Part shown: one piece after another, positions 55,522-64,000 of the stretch
Layout: the number at the start of each line of letters is the position of its first letter
How positions within the stretch are numbered: position 1 is the stretch's first letter
Source: Macrostomum lignano
Taxonomy: Eukaryota
Assembly (NCBI GenBank): GCA_002269645.1
Contig: NIVC01002151.1
Location: 136,085 to 200,084, forward strand
DNA: 64,000 nt
Direction of reading: 5' to 3'
Translations under genes and position numbers: made by a program
Notes under the pieces: generated by a model
The model's input: the letters and a program-made list of their open reading frames with translations, nothing else
What the model was told of the DNA's origin: nothing
The model's database searches: none

Positions 55522-58503
55522 TCAAGCAATAGCATTGGCATCCCAGTTAACCACCAGACCGCCATTGTTATCATTGTTATCATGCTGCTGCTGATCCCCA
55601 TCACAGGAAGAGGCCTGCAAACTAGCGGGCGGTGTGTAAGCCTCGCCCTCTGTTCGATAATACCGATTCGCTTCCCGTTCAATTCGAATCACTCTCTCGC
55701 AGTCGGCCAGGTAAGTCAGCGAGCAGGCTAGGAAGGCGCCGCCACCCAGCACGGACACGAAACAGCAGCAGTACATGGCCAGCTGCAGGGCGCTGAATTT
55801 CACAGCTACCGAGGCCGAGTTTTTGGCAATCAGATCCGACGCCAGGCCAACCAGGTAAGGCGAACCGGCGTCTCCCAGCAGGTGGCTGGCCAATATATTG
55901 ATACTAGTAGCCATTGACCGCCTGGTTGGCACCGTCACTCTCAGTGTGATCTCATTAACCAGAGCCCAGTTCAAGCACAGCAGCAACTCCGTGGCGAACA
56001 TCAGCACCAAGGTTAGGTACACGCTAACTGGCACCAGGTACAGGGTGGCCCACAGGAACGGGCCAGCCAGCAACAGGCCTGCGCCGTTCACAATGGGATC
56101 AATATTCGGCATTCGATGGCGCAGCCGCCTGGCGATCTCGCTGCCCAGCGCCACCCCGGCGATGCCAGCCACGCAGGTGACAATGCCGAAGCCCAGGGCG
56201 GCTTGGTCGGGTTTAACTGGGCCGCCGCGCAATTGCAGATCCAAGTCCAGCATCAGCGGAGTCCACCAGGTCAGGGCGCCGGCTACGAAGGCAACAGCGG
56301 TGAAGCCGAGGGTGTTGAGCATGAAGCTGCGATTGCGCAGCAGATGGCGGACATCGTCCCGCCAGGAGGTGGCGTGCATGTGCGTGGATTTCTCGGCTTG
56401 GCCGCAGGCCGGCTCCCGGAACTGGAGCAGCAGCAACAGGACGCAGACCACGCCTTGGAAAGGGTTTGGGAGATTCTGATAAGATCTACCTGAAGATTTC
56501 ATTACTCAACCTGAAGATTTCAATAATCTACCTGAAGATTTCAATAATCTACCTGCAGATCTACGTGAAGATTTCAATAATCTACCTGAAGATTTCAATA
56601 ATCTACCTGCAGATCTACGTGAAGATTTCAATAATCTACCTGAAGATTTCAATAATTTACCTGAAGATTTCAATAATCTACCTGAAGATTTCAATAATCT
56701 ACCTGCAGATCTACGTGAAGATTTCAATAATCTACCTGAAGATTTCAATAATCTACCCGAAGATTTCAATAATCTATCTGAAGATTTCATTTATCTACCT
56801 GAAGATTTCATTTATCTACCTGAAGATTTCAATAATCTACCTGAAGATTTCAATAATCTACCTGAAGATTTCAATAATCTACCTGAAGATTTCAATAATC
56901 TACCTGAAGATTTCAATAATCTACCCGAAGATTTCAATAATCTACCCGAAGATTTTAATAATCTACCTGAAGATTTCAATAATCTATCTGAAGATTTCAT
57001 TTATCTACCTGAAGATTTCATTTATCTACCTGAAGATTTCAATTATCTACCTGAAGATTTCATTTATCTACCTGAAGATTTCAATTATCTACCTGAAGAT
57101 TTCAATTATCTACCTGAAGATTTCAATAATCTACCTGAAGATCTACGTGAAGATTTTATTAATCTACCTGAAGATTTCAATTTAATCTACCTGAAGATTT
57201 CAATAATCTACCTGAAGATTTCAATAATCTACCCGAAGATTTCAATAATCTACCTGAAGATTTCAATAATCTATCTGAAGATTTCATTTATCTACCTGAA
57301 GATTTCATTTATCTACCTGAAGATTTCAATTATCTACCTGAAGATTTCATTTATCTACCTGAAGATTTCAATTATCTACCTGAAGATTTCAATTATCTAC
57401 CTGAAGATTTCAATTATCTACCTGAAGATTTCAATAATCTACCTGAAGATTTCAATAATCTACCTGAAGATTTCAATAATCTACCTGAAGATATACGTGA
57501 AGATTTTATTAATCTACCTGACGATTTCAATAATCTACCTGAAGATTTCAATTTATTCTACCTGAAGATTTCAATTTATTCTACCTGAAGATTTCAATAA
57601 TCTACCTGAAGATTTCAATAATCTACCTGAAAATTTTATTAATCTACCTGAAAGTCCAATAATCTACCTGAAGATTCGGAGATAATCTACCTGAATATAC
57701 CGAGATAATCTATCTGAGGATCCAGATACTATTACAGAGATCCAGCAGCAGGATAATAAGCCCTTTAACAACCTCAATCCTCTTGAACAGCAAAACAACA
57801 ATCCTAAAACTTGAAACTCACCAAGACCTGGCGTGACCCGTAGCGCTGATCTCCAGCTATCGGCTGCCTGAGCCACCTGGCCGCCAACCACGTAGCCCAG
57901 ACCGCTGCCCAGGGGTACCTGCAGATTGAACACAATCAATGCCACGGTGCGAGCGTCGCCCACAAACAAATCGGCCACAATAGGTGTTGACACCGTAATA
58001 TAAGAGGCTTCGCCAATGCCAACTAGGCAACGGGTTAGCAGGAACAGGCCGAACTGGTTCTTAGGCACGAACGAACTGGCCAAAGTGACCGCAGACCAGG
58101 CGAGCACACCGCCAATCATGATGGTCTTGCGGCTCCACAGACTGCCAGGACTGCCGCGATCGCCCAAGTAGCCAAATAACGGACTAAGCAGCATGTAGGA
58201 TACAATAAATGAAGTCTGCAATAATCCAGCTTCACTATTGTCTATTTTGTAATCTTTTTCGATTCGATCGAGTACTGCTGCTACGGTGAATCTGTCCATA
58301 TAGTTGAGCAAATTAATGCAGCACAGTACAGCAATTGAGATCAGAGCTTCGGATTTGCTGATTGTTGGCTGACTGCCAGATGAGTTGTCTATGGTTGAGC
58401 CATCAGCGGTGGTCACCTGCGCATCGTCCTGCAGGTCGACGTGATCAACTTCTTCATTGTCAGTGATTGAGGCAGTCTGACTAGCGTCAATGTAAGCAGA
58501 CAT
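55522..58503 (-). CDS. SPNS1: Spinster-family MFS transporter, ~537 aa; exons 58503-57822 and 56453-55522
   Basis: NLLNYMDRFTVA, AGLLQTSFI, TRCLVGIGEASY, ALRVTPGL|GVVCVLLLL..REP, LGFTAVAFVAG, SHLLGDAGSPYLVG; GTGAGT donor and AAG acceptor in phase 1. Confidence 0.93.
56483..57720. repeat. 21-bp minisatellite (CTACCTGAAGATTTCAATAAT)n filling the spinster intron
   Basis: Direct reading. Confidence 0.97.
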
Positions 58504-61500
58504 GCTGATGACTAGATAGTCTGGGATTTGTTTGGGACATGAGAATATTGGGAGAAAATATAGAACTTTTATAAGGTTTTTATAACAATATTTTGTTTTA
58601 ACCTTTTTGTTTTGTTTTTTTTATTTTAAGAGTATTCTAACAAAGTTTTTAATGTATTTTGAATCAATTTTTATGAGATAGCAAAGTAAAAAAATTGCAC
58701 AAAATCTCCAAGATGCCATTTTTGAGAAAAGTATTGATAGTATCTATTATTTTGAAAAGATTTAAAAAAGAGATTTGATTTTAGATATTTAGGGAATTAC
58801 TTCAATCTTCATCAAAAGAACACAAAAGATTAAACAAAAGAATTATGGATTACAAAGAAACTAGCTATACCCTATCAGAATATTTTTTCTGTATAATAAA
58901 CTTAACCAGAGTTCTCCAACAATGACAATATAAAATAGCTTCAATGAGCATACTTGATTTCTCTATGATCTTTGTATAAGTCACATAGTCACTTTTGGTA
59001 TATTTATAAGATATAATAATATATCATAGTCTAAAACATAACTTAAAAATTAATTAAAATAATTATTATGTCTATACAACTTTTTATAGGTTTCAATAAT
59101 GCTAGAAATATAGATAAGATAAAATGAAAATTTAATAATAATTTAATTCGATTTTAGTATAAGTCAGTAAGACAAATTAATAAGTTAATTAGTAATTAAG
59201 TACCTTATGATTATGCTCTAGGATTCTAGCTATACAAAATGAAACCCTAGGAAAAGTTTTATAAGACTTGGAATGTGAGGACATATTGTAGAGTGCTATA
59301 TCTCCCAAGAAAAGTCATACAAATTGTTAACATACTACTTATAAATTTTATTCAGTAATATAGCAAAGAGCACGTACAAAAATAAGTATTGAACCATGAC
59401 TACACTTATGTTAACCAATCGAAACTGCAAAAAAGTTGGTCATGTTATTTTAGTAACCAACCAATCACTCGTGACCCACAATTGTCAAGTCTAACCCTAT
59501 CTGCAATTCATCATCTGGCTTGCACCCAGTCTGCACCAAGCAAACCAATCAAACGCTACAGAAAAACACCAGATATGGTAACCAATCATTTGTGCTTACA
59601 CTAGAATAGTTGCACAACTTTCTGCCCTGTCATGCTTGACAGCGGCCAGAAGCTGAACCTTTGACATTTTCAGAAATTGTACCCAGTGCACAATTAATAA
59701 CCCCATGAGGGTCTGATTGCCTATAAATACAAGTGGTCCGGAATGGACCCAGAGCCAACAACTTCTCCAAGAGAGAGAAGCTCCAAAGAGGAAGCCATAG
59801 TTGGACTTCCTGGAATCAAGTCAACCGAGCCTTGGTTGAGTTCTTGTGGTAAGCCTTACTCATTTGTGCCCATTGTGTGAGACATCTTGCTTAAGTCTAG
59901 TGTGACTTGAGTTTGTTTGAGTCTGTTGAGACTCTTGAGTCTAGTTAGACTCCACTGGTTGCAGTCTCCAGAAGGACTGCCCCTGATATATCTTAGAAGA
60001 CTATCAGTGGTTTCTGGAGCTATACCTAGAGTGCATAGAGGCACTGCTAGAAGGAGTAGGCTTATATTAAATGGCAGTTTGGCTCAGGGTACCCATTGTT
60101 AATTTGGAAGCTTCCTATTGGTCCGAATGACAGATTCTGGCCAGAACTAACTTCTACAGAAGAGAAGAAGGAAACTCGGACCTGATCTATACCTGAAGAC
60201 GTCTAGAAGTCTACAAGATCTACTGAGAGATCTATAGTTGAGAACTACTCAAGGATGAGAGCTACGAATCTAGATTAAAGGTAATTGAATACCTTCAGTT
60301 GACTTACTGGGTTGCCTAGCTACAGAGCTAGAAGTGATTGCTCCTTGATTATTGGAAGTTGGGTAATAAGGAACATCAATATAGAGGCTTTGCATGTTAG
60401 CACTAGAGCTTGGTAATCAAAAAAATATGACATACTAACCCAACTAGCTTTGGGTACTCTGACCATTCAGCTAGGCAAAGCTACAATTAAGCAAGTCTTT
60501 AGTAAGCTATTGAACTTCTTAACAAAAAATTCAACAAGCTTAGTAAATTGTTGATTGATGCCTACCTTTTTGTTTGATACTATGTACACTAATCTGGGCT
60601 AGCTAGTGAAAAGAGTCTATAACCTGCAAAAACTTTCCATTGACAAATGTCTACATTCAGTCAGCTAGGAAGGCTTGCTAGCATTTATAGAATTCCTTCA
60701 ATAGCAAAAAAATGCTAATAAGGCCAAGAAAGATGCATAAAACAGATAGAAGAGCAGCTTGCTGCTAAGATTGAAGTAAACAAAAAGAAGATAGAATTAG
60801 AAGTTGCTAAAAAGTTGGCTACAGAGCATGAAAAATTGAAGCTAAGAAGCAAGCTACTTTAGCTATGCTACTTGAGTACTAGAAGAAAATTGTTAAAAGA
60901 GCAAGAGGCCAGAGCTCTATATGATGATGCCAAGTTACTAAAGAGAAAGTTGATGACTCAAGATAAGCTAGCTGCAAAAGTGCTGAAAAAAGCTGCAAGG
61001 ATGATATACAAAACAAATTAATGCTGCTTTTTTCATCAAAATTGTTATGTCATTTTCAATTTTGATATGCCATTGGCATTAAATATAAAATAGCACTTTG
61101 TAAGTTCATATTACTGTTTCTTTTTAGGATAATATTTGAACAAATTTAAAAGCAAAACTGAAATTTAAATTGGGGATTCAGCATTAGCAATTTGGCAATG
61201 GCATAATGGCAAAAATCATTTAAGCCATTGTAGCATACGAGGCTCGTAATAGCATCAAAATCATTATGTCATTTTTAGTTTTGACATTTCATGGCATGCC
61301 TATGACACAAAAAAACCTAGCTGCTATGCAAATCACTAACAAACAAAAAATGGTATAAATTAGTAACAATTAAGATAATATTATACATTGTGATAGAAGC
61401 CAGGTGGGATAAGATGATTGGGATCCCAGCCAATATTAGGGCCTAGTATCCTAGATTTGTTATTGTACAAATAGAAAGGAATTGAGATAAAGCAAAAAAT

Positions 61501-61697
61501 AATTAAAAACTACCATATTTGGCTTATAAAAAGCAATAACTACAATCTTTGCTAGTTTAAATTATTAATATATTATCCATTAATTCCATTATCTAACTGA
61601 TAATAATATTATAGCATTTCTTGGTCAATTTGGTCCTAGAAGCAGTCAATTTAATCTGCAATAGAGAACTCCAATTCAATTTGCTAACACTAGAGAT

Positions 61698-61976
61698 CAT
61701 ACATGCGCAACCTCCGAAATTCGGTTGGCCATGCGACTTAGTTTTAACAAAAATGCGACGTAGTTTTTGGCCAAAAATGCGACTTACATGTAAAAAACCC
61801 TAAAGCAAAATTAATGCAACTTTGGGTAAATGGCAGGAATAACTATGACGGTCTTATTAAGCCAAAATGCCTCGTCAGCTACTTAGTACTACTACTTGGT
61901 TATTTTTTTGGGTGGGCATTTTTGCGACTTCCTTGGTTGGCTGCCAAATCGGTCGGCCGACTGTTGCGCATGTATG
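61698..61976 (+). mobile_element. hAT-type MITE, copy C (279 bp) of the CATACATGCGCAAC family
   Basis: 14-bp perfect TIRs; perfect 8-bp TSD CTAGAGAT at 61690-61697 and 61977-61984. Confidence 0.92.
61824..61887 (+). other. 28S rRNA helix 69-71-like fragment inside element C
   Basis: GGGTAAATGGCAGGAATAACTATGACGGTCTTATTAAGCCAAAATGCCTCGTCAGCTACTTAGT; 50/64 ungapped to the remembered eukaryotic 28S sequence. Confidence 0.8.
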
Positions 61977-62106
61977 CTAGAGATATGTCTATGGCCAAAT
62001 AGACTATTTTGTTTTACTTAATTTAAAATAAATACACAAAATAAGTGCCCCCAGGATTAAATTGAGTGGAATGAAACAGCATATTCAGCCATAGACATAT
62101 CTTTAG
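61977..62106. mobile_element. Small inverted-repeat element (~130 bp)
   Basis: CTAGAGATATGTCTATGGC ... GCCATAGACATATCTTTAG. Confidence 0.55.
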
Positions 62107-62839
62107 TAATGGCAGAATGAATTGGAATTTACTATTTCAGATTTAATTGAGTGCTTCTAGGACCAAATTAACTGGGAAATGTTATAATAGTGTAACAGAT
62201 GCCTTGCCTTCAAGTTTATATTATACAATTTTGCCAAACATGCAAAAAACTAAGAAACACAATTTGTTATATATATATTTTTCAAGATATTTTTGCAAAT
62301 TAATTTTTGTTTAAAACTACTAAAAAATTTAGTATAAATAGATGCAATCTAAGCCAAGGAGAGAGCAATTTGCTCTAGTGCAGTTCCTAAGAAAGAAGTA
62401 ATCAGTGAGCATACTAAGAAAGGTGTGTTCTAAGCAAATATAAGTGAAGCCGTTTTCTGAGTTATTCATTTGTAAAAGTAAGAGGAAAGTAAACTGAAGT
62501 ATATACACTATATACTACTAAAAAGTAGAAGTAGTAAAAGAATACAAAGTAGATCCTAAATCAATATATATAAGAATAACTGGAGGCTATGACCCTCTGA
62601 TTTCAGTTACGTCTAGGATTTGGAAAATATATGCAATATATATACCAGTAAGCCAATGGCAATATACCACCCAGGCCAAATTACTAATAAAATGCTACCA
62701 GAATAACAGAAAAACAATACTTGTAAAAGCTAAATGGTATTCCAAGAATTATACTTAGACAAATACTCAGATATATTCTAAAAAATAATATTATTTAATA
62801 GACTCATTCTAAGATTAATAAACTCATAATTTATTAATA

Positions 62840-63905
62840 CAAGGGTTGTTCGGAAAGTCCAGAATCAAACATGCATATATTTTTTGAGTCACTACTTTGT
62901 CTTGAAACTTTATACCATAGACAAATATCATACCCTGAATGTTTTAAATCAAGTGGTCTTGTTTAAGCCAGGAATTTCCTTCTTGCAGTGTTTTTAGTCA
63001 CACACGAATTCCATCACTATGCTGAATAACGAAAAAGCAAAGCAAAGTATCATTTGGTTTTTGTGGAAACAAGGAAAGCAACAGGCAGAAATTCTTTGCA
63101 AGTTGCAAGCAATGTATGGCAAATGTGCACCATCAAAAACAATGGTCAACAAGAAGGTGCAGCATTTTGAAGATGGCTGGGAGATAGTCAATGACCTTCC
63201 ACAGAATGGCTAGCCTGCCACCACGGTCAACAGGTCAAACATTGAGCTTGTGCATCGTGCTCTAGTGTTGACTGCCGAGCTACAGTGCGAGAGTTGTCAA
63301 CCATTACTGGCATCTCATCAATGGCCATTCATTCAATCTTGATGGTTAAGCTCAGTATGTCATGCATTGTTGCTCATTGGGTCCCGAAACTTCTGACTGA
63401 CCAGCAGCAGCGAGAGCGGGTCCAGGTGTGTTGGCAGCTCCTCCAGTCATATCGCAGTGATCCCAACTTTTTGGACCAGATTGTGACTGGGGATGAATCC
63501 TTGTTTCATTATAGTGAGCCAGAGTCCAAGATGCAGAGCAGTGTATAGAAGGCCAGCCATGAGCCCACACCTGTCAAGGCCCTGACTGCACTTTAGCTGG
63601 AAAGCAAATGGCCACCATCTTCTAGGACAAGGAGGTTTTCTGCTCATTGAATGGCTTCCTTGTGGTGCACAATAAACAGTGAGTACTACATCTAAGTCCT
63701 GCAGAAGTTGCGTGAAGGCCATCAAGGCCAGCGGCGTGGCAAACTGAGCCATGGTATCCTGCTTCAGTACGACAATGCCAGGCCGCACACCAGCTAGGCA
63801 ACAATGGCTGCCATTCGGACCTGGGCTTTGAAGTGCTGCCACACCCACCCTACTTGCTGGACCTCGCACCCAGTGACTTCTGGCTATTCAGAGAGATGAA
63901 AAAAC
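62840..63905 (+). pseudogene. Decayed mariner (DD34D-type) transposon; transposase from ATG 63019 with stops and frameshifts
   Basis: TA|CAAGGGTTGTTCGGAAAGT left end; WVPKLL, IVTGDES, QYDNARPH and a frameshifted HPPYSPDLAPSDF-like motif. Confidence 0.9.
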
Positions 63906-64000
63906 CTTCGAGGTTGCCAGTACAGCTCTCTATAGCATCGGCCATCAGCAGTAGGTCAGGGGTCAGGTCAGGGGTCACCTGCCGATTTCTATGCTTCTAG

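Overview
Eukaryotic (metazoan) genomic DNA, rich in repeats, with one assembly gap (27253-28188). GC-rich exons, AT-rich spacers and minisatellite-filled introns resemble a free-living flatworm such as Macrostomum (inference only). Four host genes are supported: CFAP298/C21orf59 (3 exons, +), RPF1 (3 exons, +, with two compensating frameshifts), a completely intronless Slo1/BK potassium channel (+), and a spinster MFS transporter (2 exons, -). Much of the rest is satellites and nested transposons, including a full-length LOA-like LINE with a 13-bp TSD, a LINE fragment interrupted by a Penelope piece and a Harbinger derivative, hAT and Tc1/mariner elements, and two tRNA-derived SINEs. The most unusual signal is a non-autonomous hAT-type family (TIR CATACATGCGCAAC, 8-bp TSDs, 3 copies). 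Each copy carries a ~64-nt fragment resembling 28S rRNA helix 69-71, with the R2/I-PpoI cleavage core altered. Family and orthologue assignments come from remembered motifs, not database searches. Boundaries of tandem arrays and degraded elements are approximate.
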